This document shows positions 48,676-58,448 of a stretch of DNA of 64,000 nucleotides, piece by piece; within the stretch, counting starts at the first letter, position 1; each line of letters begins with the position of its first letter. Source of the stretch: Candidatus Moraniibacteriota bacterium (lineage in GTDB: Bacteria > Patescibacteriota > Minisyncoccia > Moranbacterales > UBA1568); contig JAQTYF010000001.1 of the NCBI GenBank assembly GCA_028688415.1, forward strand, positions 272,627 through 336,626, given 5' to 3'. A program made the translations under genes and the position numbers. The notes under the pieces were generated by a model. The model saw nothing but the letters and a program-made list of their open reading frames with translations, was not told the origin of the DNA and ran no database searches.

Positions 48676-49190
48676 CCCCTCGAAAAAATGAAAAATTGTA
48701 GGGGAGAGAGGAAAAGAAAAAAAGGTATCAAAACGAGTGCCTACAGGTGTACATCTATGTATCCCCAAACCGATCAAAAACGAAGAGAAACAGACATACA
48801 TCGATGACTCAAAAATTTGATCAAAAATGAGTGCTCAGAGGTATACATCTATGCCTCTCCAAATCACTCAAAATGAAAAGAAAAAAATCTATAAAGAATG
48901 AATGCCTAGGAGTATACATTGATGCCTCAGAAAACAGATGATTCCCCTCGCAAAAATGAAAAATAAAAGGGGAGAGAAAATGCTCCTGAAAACGAGCATC
49001 GGAGGGTATACATCAATGTATCTGAAATACAATACAAACCGGAGTGAAAAATGATTCTCTCGATATACGAGAATACGCGCTAGAGAAATGAGAAGGAAAA
49101 GAGGTATATACGTATCACTTTTTATTCCAAACACCGTATACGCGATTATACGCATTCGTTTTGAATCGATTCGAGGACATACAAGTATCA
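48676..49190. repeat. Array of degenerate TACAT-N2-ATG dyad repeats with A-tracts
   Basis: Cores at 48750, 48797, 48844, 48915, 49009 (weaker at 49107, 49180); duplicated cccctcg..aaaatgaaaaat..aggggagag unit near 48676 and 48944. Confidence 0.75.
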
Positions 49191-49254
49191 ATTACTCATA
49201 TTTGGCTTATATAAGCTATATAATGAATCAATACTTCTGTTCTCTTCCTATGCT

Positions 49255-49282
49255 ATGTCGCATAAGTTACATAATGCGACGT
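49255..49282. other. Candidate dif-like Xer recombination site
   Basis: ATGTCGCATAA-GTTACA-TAATGCGACGT: 11-6-11 layout, arms 9/11 inverted, CGCATAA as in XerC arms. Confidence 0.6.
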
Positions 49283-49563
49283 TGTATAAGAAATAAAAAA
49301 TACTCTCTCCATTCAATACTAAACTCTTCTTTCTTACACTGATTACTACTCTTTCATTTTCTTTTTCTTCCCTCCTCTTCTCTCTACGGATCAATTTATT
49401 GGTCAAAAAAATACTTACTTTTTCTTCTTTTTATTATTCTCTTTTTTTGTTTCATTCTTGTTTACTTTACTTACACCATAACGAAAAGAAAAAGAAAATA
49501 AAAAAACCGGAAATTTTGTTGTTACAAAAAAACCGGCTTTATAAGTGATCGGGTAAAGACAGA

Positions 49564-50361
49564 TTACACGATCTTATTTTCAGAAAAGATAGACACAGCA
49601 TCCTTTCCAGATTCTTTGGAGATATAGAGTGCTCGATCGGCACTCTCGAGAGACTCTCTGTAAAGCCTATCCATTTCATCAGGCGTGGAATTTTGTTCGA
49701 TACCTGACGCAGCGATACCGATACTCACAGTCACAGGAAGACAATTTTCCAGCGAAAGTCGCGTATCGATTTTCATAATCCTTCTCAGTTCATTGGCACG
49801 TTCGATGATCTGCTCTCGCGACGCATTGGCGCACAGAACAAGGAATTCGTCTCCGCCGAAACGAGCAACAATATCGCTGTCCCGATGAAATATCTTCTGA
49901 AGCAACTCCCCAAATATCAGAAGAATGAAGTCCCCCATGGCATGACCCTTGATATCGTTCACTTGCTTGAAGTGATCGAGATCGATCGCCATCAAAAATG
50001 GAGCGAAAAACGGGAGGTCATTCGTCAGCGTATACCGCTGGATCAACCCCACTTGCCGATGCAAAGCCCTCTCGAATCCTCGTCGGTTCAAGAGTTTCGT
50101 CAAAGGATCTTGAAATGCCACTTCATGCAAATCTTTCATCAGTTCTTGCATTTCGGCGTTCTTTTTCAGAACCAACACATTGTGCTGATCGTATTCTTTC
50201 AAGATATCCAACAACTCCTGGATTGTTTGGTTTTGAATACGTGTTGAATCGGCGAGCTCTTGCCTGAGTCTTTCATTCTCTTTCTGAAGATCTTCTGTCG
50301 TTGTGTTACGAACGAGGTCGGAAGAACCGGTACCACCATCTTGATCTTGCGCATGAAACAT
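49564..50361 (-). CDS. Diguanylate cyclase (coiled coil + GGDEF)
   Basis: DPLT.LLNRR, DLDHFKQVND, RDSD I-site, GGDEF; start reset to MFHAQ with AGGAG RBS. Confidence 0.92.
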   Translation of the reverse strand: MFHAQDQDGGTGSSDLVRNTTTEDLQKENERLRQELADSTRIQNQTIQELLDILKEYDQHNVLVLKKNAEMQELMKDLHEVAFQDPLTKLLNRRGFERALHRQVGLIQRYTLTNDLPFFAPFLMAIDLDHFKQVNDIKGHAMGDFILLIFGELLQKIFHRDSDIVARFGGDEFLVLCANASREQIIERANELRRIMKIDTRLSLENCLPVTVSIGIAASGIEQNSTPDEMDRLYRESLESADRALYISKESGKDAVSIFSENKIV

Positions 50362-50400
50362 GATTATCTCCTGATTTGGTTGTAAAAGTGCTACCATATT

Positions 50401-50429
50401 TTAATAGCACAAAACACTCGTGTTGTCAA
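50401..50429 (-). promoter_or_regulatory. Sigma70-type promoter
   Basis: Minus strand TTGACA-17 bp-TATTAA with extended TG. Confidence 0.6.
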
Positions 50430-50497
50430 TAGTACACGAGAGGAACTTTTCTGTTAGAATAGAGATACTATAAACAAATCTCCTTCAATATAACCCT

Positions 50498-51655
50498 ATG
50501 CGTATTTCTTATTCTACGCTCAACAATTATCAGACCTGTCCACTGAAATACAAGTTTCGTGAGATAGATAAAATCAAAGAGCCAAAGTCCAAAGAAGCAG
50601 TTTTCGGGACGCTGATTCATGCGGTGCTGAAATATATTCATACACCAGCTATCCTTTCCCCTACTCTTGATCAGGCTCTCGATTATTATTCCAAAGGTTG
50701 GAACAGCGAGGTCTATGATGATGAAATGGAAGAGAGATCGGCATTCACGCAGGGTGTCGCTATTATACAAAAATATCTCCAAAACAATAAGCCGAACGAC
50801 TATACCATCATCGATCTCGAGAGTCGATTTGCTATTGAAATCGGCAATGAACAAGATGGCATTCACACCGTATCCGGTATCATCGATCGTATCGACAAGA
50901 CTGAAGATGGATACGAAATTATCGATTATAAAACGACGCGCAAGATGCCATCCCAGGATAAAGTCGACAATGATCTCCAGCTCTCTATCTATCTCCGTGC
51001 CTTCCTCGAACGATATCCGAAAGAGAAAGAACATCTGGACAAAATAACCGTCAGTCTCTACTTCGTCAAACACGGTGTGAAACTTTCTTCCAAGCGAACT
51101 AAAGAACAACTCGAACACATTGAGGAAACATTCCTCGATGTTATAAAGTCAATCGAAGAAGAAAAATTTGATCCCATCCTCTCCCCTCTTTGTGACTGGT
51201 GTGGATACCAGAATATTTGTCCGATGTGGAAGCACAAATTCGCAGAGACTCACACGGTAAAGAATGAGGAAGCCGAAAAAGCTATCAGTGAGTATCTCGA
51301 TCTGAAAGGAAAACTCAGTGAAGAAAAACTCCGTCTCGGAAAACTTCAATCACTCATCCTGCAGTATATGGAACAAGAAGGTATCGATCGAGTCTTCGAC
51401 GACAATGGCATTATCGCCAAATCACTTCGCAAAACATACAAATACGATGCTGATCAATTGCGTGCCATTCTCGAACCACTCGACAAATGGGAATCAGTAC
51501 TCAAAGTTGATGGTGTCGCTCTCCGAAATATTCTCGCCGTCCTCCCGACACCCATCAAACAATCCGTTGAAGGTGCCAAAGTCCTCGACAAAGAAAGCGT
51601 CAGTCTCTCGGTCAAGAAGAACAAAATAGAAGTCGATGACGAACTTTCTCTCTAG
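50498..51655 (+). CDS. PD-(D/E)XK nuclease (RecB/Cas4-like, putative Fe-S)
   Basis: SYS...CPLKY, GIIDRID, IIDYKT, QLSIY, CDWCGYQNIC. Confidence 0.9.
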   Translation: MRISYSTLNNYQTCPLKYKFREIDKIKEPKSKEAVFGTLIHAVLKYIHTPAILSPTLDQALDYYSKGWNSEVYDDEMEERSAFTQGVAIIQKYLQNNKPNDYTIIDLESRFAIEIGNEQDGIHTVSGIIDRIDKTEDGYEIIDYKTTRKMPSQDKVDNDLQLSIYLRAFLERYPKEKEHLDKITVSLYFVKHGVKLSSKRTKEQLEHIEETFLDVIKSIEEEKFDPILSPLCDWCGYQNICPMWKHKFAETHTVKNEEAEKAISEYLDLKGKLSEEKLRLGKLQSLILQYMEQEGIDRVFDDNGIIAKSLRKTYKYDADQLRAILEPLDKWESVLKVDGVALRNILAVLPTPIKQSVEGAKVLDKESVSLSVKKNKIEVDDELSL

Positions 51656-51727
51656 AAAAAATATCGGCACAAAAGAAAAAACGCTGTCTTACCTCTTTGA
51701 CTTGACAGTATTTTTTTGTTCTTGTAT

Positions 51728-51748
51728 TATACCTATACCATAGGTATA
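51728..51748. promoter_or_regulatory. Probable CsoR-family operator
   Basis: Perfect 9-3-9 inverted repeat tatacctat-acc-ataggtata about 30 bp upstream of the CsoR-like gene. Confidence 0.65.
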
Positions 51749-51777
51749 CGTATATAATACATGTTTATAAAAAAATT

Positions 51778-52059
51778 ATGCAAGAAGAAAAAAAGAAGAT
51801 CGTCATTGCCCTTCGCAAGGCCAAGACGAGTATCGAAAAGATAATCGTTCGCATCGAAGAGGAGGAGGCAGAATGCTTTCCTGCCATCCAACAGACACTC
51901 TCTGCTATAGGACTCTTGCGATCGGTGAATATGCTGATGCTCGAAAACCATATGAAACAAGCAATGACAAAACATACAGGGACAAATATCTCTGGGAAAC
52001 AAATGAAGGCGCTCCAGGAAGAAATCCTGAAGATTGTCAAAACGTCTCAAGATAAATAA
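51778..52059 (+). CDS. CsoR/RcnR-family metal/sulfur-sensing repressor
   Basis: EC..IQQ..SA.G.L.S....LENH pattern, 93 aa helical. Confidence 0.8.
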   Translation: MQEEKKKIVIALRKAKTSIEKIIVRIEEEEAECFPAIQQTLSAIGLLRSVNMLMLENHMKQAMTKHTGTNISGKQMKALQEEILKIVKTSQDK

Positions 52060-52079
52060 TCATCATTATCATTCTTTTT

Positions 52080-53210
52080 ATGAAGAAAAAATATCTCCTT
52101 CTTTTCGCTGTTTCCATAATAGGAATACTCATATTTTTTGGCGTACGTTCTTCGGAGTCCGTCTCTCTCACTGAGATGTTAGATGTGCAATCGGTCAAAA
52201 CGATGAGTACTGTTCTCTCACCATTCCAGGAATCAAGAGAATTTTCCGGATTCATCCGGGGTGTCAAACAGACAGATATTGCCTCGAGTATTCCGGGATC
52301 TCTCCTCAAATTGACAAAGGAGGAAGGTGATAGTGTGTATCAAGGTGAAATAATAGCCATCATCGATGGCAGAGAGTTCTCTGCCACTGAGAAAAGTGCT
52401 GCCTCCTCTCTCCAATCAATCGAAAAAACACTGAAAGAAACGAAGAAATATTACGATCAAAAAGTAGATGAAGCAAAAACAGCACTCGACAATACGACAG
52501 GAAAATCTGAAAAAGATTCCGCAGAAGAAGCTCTCAAAAGTGCCAAACGTCTCCGTGATGCACAGATAGCAACGCTTGATACACAAAAAGAAGCGGTTGC
52601 CGGATCTCTTGCGGTCTCGCAAGCCAGTGCGTCACAGACACTTATCCGAGCACCATTTTCTGGTATCATAACGAAAAAAAATACTTCTCTCGGATCCTAT
52701 ATCTCTCCTGGTATATCTTTGTATTCGATTGCTTCCGAAGATGCACTGGAAGTAGTTCTGTCGATTCCAACGTCTATCGCCACTCAGGTAAAAAAAGGAT
52801 CCTTGGTCTCTGTATCTAATAGCAACACGACACTTGATGGATTTGTCTTTTCGATTTCTTCTTTGTCAGAAGAATCCTCTCAGCGTTCTTCGGCTCGCAT
52901 TCGATTTGCTGATAGAAATCAAAGCAATGCATTTTCTTTGAGTGAATATGTACGAGTCACCATACCTCTCGGAGAAACACGCGACGCTATCCTTATACCG
53001 GAACAGGCACTCATTTCTAAATACGATGATACGTTCGTTTTCGTGATTGAAGACAACCAGACAAAGAAATATCCAGTCGTACTCGGGAGTACTGGAAATG
53101 GAACAAGAGAAATCATTACTGGAATCACGCCTGGAATGCATATTGTCATAGAAGGACAACATACACTCTCTCATAATCAAACGGTTATAGAAACATATGT
53201 CACAGAATAA
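52080..53210 (+). CDS. RND efflux membrane fusion (adaptor) subunit
   Basis: N-terminal TM, EGD.V..G, IRAPFSG, IPEQA, V.LG. Confidence 0.9.
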   Translation: MKKKYLLLFAVSIIGILIFFGVRSSESVSLTEMLDVQSVKTMSTVLSPFQESREFSGFIRGVKQTDIASSIPGSLLKLTKEEGDSVYQGEIIAIIDGREFSATEKSAASSLQSIEKTLKETKKYYDQKVDEAKTALDNTTGKSEKDSAEEALKSAKRLRDAQIATLDTQKEAVAGSLAVSQASASQTLIRAPFSGIITKKNTSLGSYISPGISLYSIASEDALEVVLSIPTSIATQVKKGSLVSVSNSNTTLDGFVFSISSLSEESSQRSSARIRFADRNQSNAFSLSEYVRVTIPLGETRDAILIPEQALISKYDDTFVFVIEDNQTKKYPVVLGSTGNGTREIITGITPGMHIVIEGQHTLSHNQTVIETYVTE

Positions 53211-56200
53211 TCCTCCAGAGAAACTCGGACTGGCTGGAAAGATCACTCAGATATTTCTCAAAAATACGGAATTATCGATCTTGTCCATCATTCTTCTGGC
53301 AGTATGGGGCGCGCTCTCATTTTCTCTCATGCCCAAGCAATACAACCCAGAAATCGTCGCTCCAGCATTTACCATAACGACGGATTTTCCTGGAGCCAGT
53401 GCAAGCGAGATATACGAACTCATCACACGTCCCATCGAAGACAAGGTTTTCGAGTTATCCGATATTGATGAAGTATCATCGCAGAGTTTTCCTGGAGGAA
53501 AAAGTGTCGTCATGGTAAAATTTTTCGTCGGATCAAATCGTGAAGATGCAAAAATAACACTGAACCAGAAACTTCGTGACAACATAACCACCAAACCACA
53601 GGGTGTTTCGGACCCAATGATACAATCCATAGACCCTGATGATGTGCCGATTCTCGACATTGGTCTTTCTTCTGAGACATTCTCTCCGAGCTCACTTCGT
53701 AAACTCGCGATTGATATCTCTGATACTCTCAAGCTGACAAACGGTGTTTCAAAAGTAGAAATCAAGGGTGGCTATATCAATCATCTCGAAATTACCATAG
53801 ATGGAGCAAAACTCTCAGCCCTTGATCTCACACTCGATGAGGTCCTGGGCTCTCTCTCACAAGCAAATGATATCTACACGTTTGATACACTCGAAACAGA
53901 CGAGCGCCATTCTATTGTGAATATCATCGGTAATATACAAAATGAGGAATCACTCAATCAAATCATTGTACGAAACAACGGGCAAACAATCGTACGTATC
54001 AGTGATATAGCCGATGTCTCATACGGACCAGGTGAGATAACTCATTACGTCAGCCGGACAGAGAAAGATGCCGAGAATTCTCCCATCGTACATATCGCTC
54101 TTTCTAAACTCCGAGGAACGAACTCAACAGTCGTATCCGAAGCATCTCTCGATACACTGGACAATCTAAAAGGAAAGCTCATACCAAACGATGTTCGTGT
54201 CGATGTATTGAATGACGAAGGTGCAATAGCCAGTGGCGAAATTTCCAAACTCACCTTTGACCTCATTAAATCAATCATTATCGTCGGAATATTGCTCTTT
54301 ATTTTTCTTGGTGCAAAAAATTCTCTTATTGCTACTATATCGATCCCTCTCGTGCTCTTGGCAGTCTTTGGCACAGGATTTTTAGCAGGACAGACGATCA
54401 ATAGAATCACACTTTTCGCACTTATTCTCTCTCTGGGTCTTCTCGTCGATGATGCTATCGTGGTTGTAGAAAACATCGCTCGCTATTTCCGTCTCTATCC
54501 AAATGAAAACAAATTGAAACTCATCGTACGAGCAGTCGATGAAGTTGGTGGTGCACTCGCTCTTTCCACATTCACGATGGCAATCGCTTTCATTCCGATG
54601 GCATTTGTGACTGGTATGATGGGACCATATATGGGACCGATTCCTTTCTTTGTTCCTGTGGCACTCATCGCGTCACTCCTCTTCGCTGTCACTATCAATC
54701 CATTTTTGGCGCTCCTCTTTTCCAAAGAGAAGGATAAGAAACAGACAAACAAAACGCGTTCCTACGAGTCAGGAATATTTTTCCGTATCGTAAAAAAAAT
54801 TGAAGGTATCTATGCAGAGTTTCTTTCTCGTCTCTTGAGAGAGAGAAAGCGTCGGAATGTTTTCCTCGGCGGGGTTTTGATTCTTCTTATTATCTCTCTT
54901 ATACTTCCACTTACTCCCCTCGTGCCATTTCGGTTATTGCCCAAGGCGAATAAAGATCAATTCTCTCTCTATGTAGACCTTCCTTCTGGTACACACATCG
55001 AACACACGAGGAAAATCACCGAAAAAATTGAGAAAATTATCCTCGAAGAATCAGAAATCACTAGTGTCGAAAGTGCCATCGGCGAATCACTTGTGGTTGA
55101 TTTCAACGGGCTCTTCAAGGGAAGCTCTGGTCGCAAAGGAAGCAATCAGGCGACACTCAAAATACACTTGACACCACATAAGGATCGATCACTCGTTTCT
55201 GAAGAAATAGCCTCTAGCATCCGTGCTTCTCTTTCTCTTTTCACGAAAGGAAATCCAGATGCAGTTATTCGACTTGTCGAAGATCCACCGGGACCACCAG
55301 TTCTCGCCACATTCCTTCTCAAAATAAAGGGTGGCGATGACAGAATGCGTGAACAGATCGCTTCTGATATGACAACAGAAATACGTTCTATTTCTGGTAT
55401 CGTCGATATCGATACATCCGTACTCGAGCGTGGTGCGAATATCTCCTACCGTGTCAATCATGAAAAAGCCGGGTTGCTCGGTATAGCACCAAACGATATT
55501 GTACGAACACTTCACACGGCTCTCTCCGGATCATCTATTGGTCTTTATCATGAATCTTCACGTGAAGATGTGCGAAAAGCCGAACAAGAGTATATCACGA
55601 TTCGCTTTGATAAAAAATCTCGCGATAACGAAAATGATCTCTCGCTCATTCGATTGATGAGCAAGAACGGTGTGACTATCCCGCTTACAGAATTGATCGA
55701 GAAAACAGAAGAAACAGTCGATACCGCTATACTTTCCGACGATCGAGAACAGACGATTTATCTCTCAGGGGAAATGGAGGGGCGAAGCATTATCTACGCC
55801 GTCATCGATCTTTTTCCAAAACTGCTCTCCTATGAAATACCCGGAACATCACTTAAACGTGTTTCTTGGTCACTTCTCGGTGCAGTGTATGAGGATACGG
55901 TCACCCACAAACACTATACGATCGAAATCGGTGGTGAATGGAAACTGACACTTGAAGTCTTCCGTGATCTCGGTATCGCTATGGGACTCGCTCTTTTTCT
56001 CATCTATTTCATTCTTGCTGCAAAAACCGAATCGTTGTTTATTCCTCTTCTTATCATGGTCAGTATCCCGCTTGCTCTCATCGGAGTCTTGCCTGGATTC
56101 GCTCTGCTTCAGTCTTTCAAGGGAACCTATTTCAACGCGACATCAATGATCGGCGTCATCGCTCTTGCTGGTCTCGCCGTGAAAAATGCTGTCATCTATC

Positions 56201-56472
56201 TCGAATATCTCGAACCACTCAAAAAATCAGGAAAGAAAATCGAGGAAGCGCTCGTGGAGACTGGACGAGTTCGGCTCCTCCCTATCGCCCTTACATCACT
56301 CGCTGCTATTCTCGGATCATTCACTATCGTCAGTGATCCAGTTTGGGAAGGTCTCGGATGGTCTATTATTTTTGGTCTCACAGCATCGACGTTCCTCACT
56401 CTTATCGTCTTCCCTCTGGTATATTTCATCTTCGCACGAAAAAAGTGGTATAATGAAACAAAAGAAGAATAA
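53197..56472 (+). CDS. RND efflux permease (AcrB-like)
   Basis: 1091 aa; GLLVDDAIVVVEN, GVIALAG, RLLPIALT. Confidence 0.93.
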   Translation: MSQNNPPEKLGLAGKITQIFLKNTELSILSIILLAVWGALSFSLMPKQYNPEIVAPAFTITTDFPGASASEIYELITRPIEDKVFELSDIDEVSSQSFPGGKSVVMVKFFVGSNREDAKITLNQKLRDNITTKPQGVSDPMIQSIDPDDVPILDIGLSSETFSPSSLRKLAIDISDTLKLTNGVSKVEIKGGYINHLEITIDGAKLSALDLTLDEVLGSLSQANDIYTFDTLETDERHSIVNIIGNIQNEESLNQIIVRNNGQTIVRISDIADVSYGPGEITHYVSRTEKDAENSPIVHIALSKLRGTNSTVVSEASLDTLDNLKGKLIPNDVRVDVLNDEGAIASGEISKLTFDLIKSIIIVGILLFIFLGAKNSLIATISIPLVLLAVFGTGFLAGQTINRITLFALILSLGLLVDDAIVVVENIARYFRLYPNENKLKLIVRAVDEVGGALALSTFTMAIAFIPMAFVTGMMGPYMGPIPFFVPVALIASLLFAVTINPFLALLFSKEKDKKQTNKTRSYESGIFFRIVKKIEGIYAEFLSRLLRERKRRNVFLGGVLILLIISLILPLTPLVPFRLLPKANKDQFSLYVDLPSGTHIEHTRKITEKIEKIILEESEITSVESAIGESLVVDFNGLFKGSSGRKGSNQATLKIHLTPHKDRSLVSEEIASSIRASLSLFTKGNPDAVIRLVEDPPGPPVLATFLLKIKGGDDRMREQIASDMTTEIRSISGIVDIDTSVLERGANISYRVNHEKAGLLGIAPNDIVRTLHTALSGSSIGLYHESSREDVRKAEQEYITIRFDKKSRDNENDLSLIRLMSKNGVTIPLTELIEKTEETVDTAILSDDREQTIYLSGEMEGRSIIYAVIDLFPKLLSYEIPGTSLKRVSWSLLGAVYEDTVTHKHYTIEIGGEWKLTLEVFRDLGIAMGLALFLIYFILAAKTESLFIPLLIMVSIPLALIGVLPGFALLQSFKGTYFNATSMIGVIALAGLAVKNAVIYLEYLEPLKKSGKKIEEALVETGRVRLLPIALTSLAAILGSFTIVSDPVWEGLGWSIIFGLTASTFLTLIVFPLVYFIFARKKWYNETKEE

Positions 56473-56490
56473 TTCAATAAGCATGAATCT

Positions 56491-56706
56491 ATGTCACTCT
56501 ACAGAATGGATATATCCACATGGTCAGTCGAACGCACGATGTTTGCCTTCGGAGGATTACTCGTTATCATTTTTTCTCTCTTGGCACTCTCAGTAAACGA
56601 TGCTTTTGTTTACGGGGCACTATTCATCGGTATAATGTTCAGCGTTTTCGCTCTCACTGGATATTGCCCAGGAGCCATTATTGTTGCCAAGATACTGAAA
56701 AAATAA
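56491..56706 (+). CDS. DUF2892 / YgaP-like small membrane protein
   Basis: VER, two TM segments, TGYCP. Confidence 0.8.
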   Translation: MSLYRMDISTWSVERTMFAFGGLLVIIFSLLALSVNDAFVYGALFIGIMFSVFALTGYCPGAIIVAKILKK

Positions 56707-56758
56707 TAGAAATACTTTTTCTTTTCGGGCTCCGTATTCCACTCTTTCATCAAATTGT

Positions 56759-57700
56759 ATGAAACAAATCTCTCTTGTCATTCCTGCCTATAATGAAGCG
56801 GACAATATCCGTCCCATGTATGATGCTCTACAAAAATCTCTCTCGTCTATCAAGGATCGATATGAATTTGAAATTCTTTTTATCAATGACGGAAGTAAAG
56901 ATACGACGAGGGAAGAGGTAGCGAAGTTAGAGAACGAAAATACTCAAGTGAAATGTATTGATTTCTCACGAAACTTCGGTAAAGAAATAGCAACAACAGC
57001 CGGACTCAATCACTGTACCGGTGACGCGTGCATCATGATCGATGCTGATCTCCAGCATCCAGCAGAACGTATCCCTGATTTCATCACGAAATGGGAAGAG
57101 GGTTTCGATGTCGTCGTCGGTATACGAAAAGAAAACAAGAGTGATTCTTGGATCAAAAAAACAGGGAGCTTGATATTCTATACTCTCTTGAACAAAATAT
57201 CTGATATAGAAATCATTCCCAATACAACCGACTTCCGACTCCTCGATCGAGCCGTCATAGATGCATTCAACTGTTTCACTGAAACCAAACGTCTCACCAG
57301 GGGTCTCATAGATTGGCTCGGGTTCAGACGCGCATACATCACCTTTGATGCTCACGAACGCTTGCACGGAACAGCCTCCTATAGCGTCTGGAAGCTTACC
57401 AAACTCGCTTTGCACAGTTTTATGTCTCTCAGCCTCTTTCCACTCAAAATGGCCGGGTATATCGGTATTATCATCACATTCATCTCTTTTGTTTCTGGTT
57501 CATATATCTTTCTGGGGAAATATTTTTTCGATTGGTATTGGGCGCTCACCTTTTCTGATTCTGAAGACCTCGCTATCTTCATTGTGTTCCTCGTAGGTAT
57601 TCTCCTCATGTCTATCGGACTGATTTCTCTCTACGTTGCAAACATTCACGAGGAAGTCATCAAACGACCTCTCTATATAGTACGGAAAAATCGATCATAG
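56759..57700 (+). CDS. GT2 bactoprenol glycosyltransferase (GtrB-like)
   Basis: FSRNFGKE, DADLQHP, DFRLLDR, WLGF, RPLYIV. Confidence 0.92.
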   Translation: MKQISLVIPAYNEADNIRPMYDALQKSLSSIKDRYEFEILFINDGSKDTTREEVAKLENENTQVKCIDFSRNFGKEIATTAGLNHCTGDACIMIDADLQHPAERIPDFITKWEEGFDVVVGIRKENKSDSWIKKTGSLIFYTLLNKISDIEIIPNTTDFRLLDRAVIDAFNCFTETKRLTRGLIDWLGFRRAYITFDAHERLHGTASYSVWKLTKLALHSFMSLSLFPLKMAGYIGIIITFISFVSGSYIFLGKYFFDWYWALTFSDSEDLAIFIVFLVGILLMSIGLISLYVANIHEEVIKRPLYIVRKNRS

Positions 57701-57745
57701 AAAAGCAAGAGATACCGATTAATTCGATATTTCTTATTTCTAGAC

Positions 57746-58363
57746 CTATTCCTTATCAGTAAATACAACCAATCGTTTTGAATAATTCTTCGAATCTTTA
57801 TCCCATACCCCCTCACAAGTAATCAGATTCAGATGTGATTGTTCGTCATCTGAACTGAATATGTCGCTTGTATCAATGCTCGGATCATATATCCGCCATT
57901 CGCGCACGATAAAAGTGTTGATTGTTCCGGTTGCGTTTTCAACAGATACCGTATCTCCGATTTCAAGTGTGCTCAGATTATCAAACACTGAACCCTCCCC
58001 GTTTTTCCAAGTGCCGTAGTGTCCATCAATAACAGCGCTCCCGACATCTCCTGGACGTGGACCCTCACGAAACCATCCAACAGTATGTGGCCCATTTGGT
58101 ACTGCCATTGTTCCGCTTTGCGTAACGCCCATCTGATCTATCATGGCATCGACACCGATCTTGGGAATTCGTAAACGCACTGGTAACGGAGACAGTGTTT
58201 CATCTTCTTGGTCAAGATCTGAAGAGATGATATTTGTTGTCTGAACAGCAACAGGGCTATTCTCTTTCTCAAAAAAAACAAGGGGAGAAAAGATACCTAT
58301 TCCACAAACGAGACCACTCCCAAGAAGAAGCCAAAAGATTTTGTGTCGCACTGTCATCTTCAT
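57746..58363 (-). CDS. Class F sortase
   Basis: PVRLRIP, VGW, PG..GSAVIDGH, LNLITC, RLVV. Confidence 0.9.
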   Translation of the reverse strand: MKMTVRHKIFWLLLGSGLVCGIGIFSPLVFFEKENSPVAVQTTNIISSDLDQEDETLSPLPVRLRIPKIGVDAMIDQMGVTQSGTMAVPNGPHTVGWFREGPRPGDVGSAVIDGHYGTWKNGEGSVFDNLSTLEIGDTVSVENATGTINTFIVREWRIYDPSIDTSDIFSSDDEQSHLNLITCEGVWDKDSKNYSKRLVVFTDKE

Positions 58364-58448
58364 AGATATCGTTTTTATAAAGAGAGAGTCAAACCAGAAT
58401 CGGAGTGGCTCTTTTTATTTCCTCTCAGACTGTCTCGCATCATTTCTC

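Noticed and set aside
48676-49190. CRISPR array with the nearby Cas4-like gene
   Set aside because: Repeats are short, degenerate and unevenly spaced; no cas1/cas2
48889-49342. Short ORFs in the non-coding gap
   Set aside because: Low-complexity translations of the repeat array with no RBS or motifs
48636-49563. oriC
   Set aside because: No clustered TTATCCACA DnaA boxes seen and no dnaA/dnaN nearby; the dif-like site fits better
50468-51118. 216 aa minus-strand ORF
   Set aside because: Antisense shadow of the PD-(D/E)XK nuclease
58364-58448. Possible c-di-GMP riboswitch or frameshifted sorting signal
   Set aside because: No match to the GEMM pattern; alternative frames give no LPxTG-TM segment
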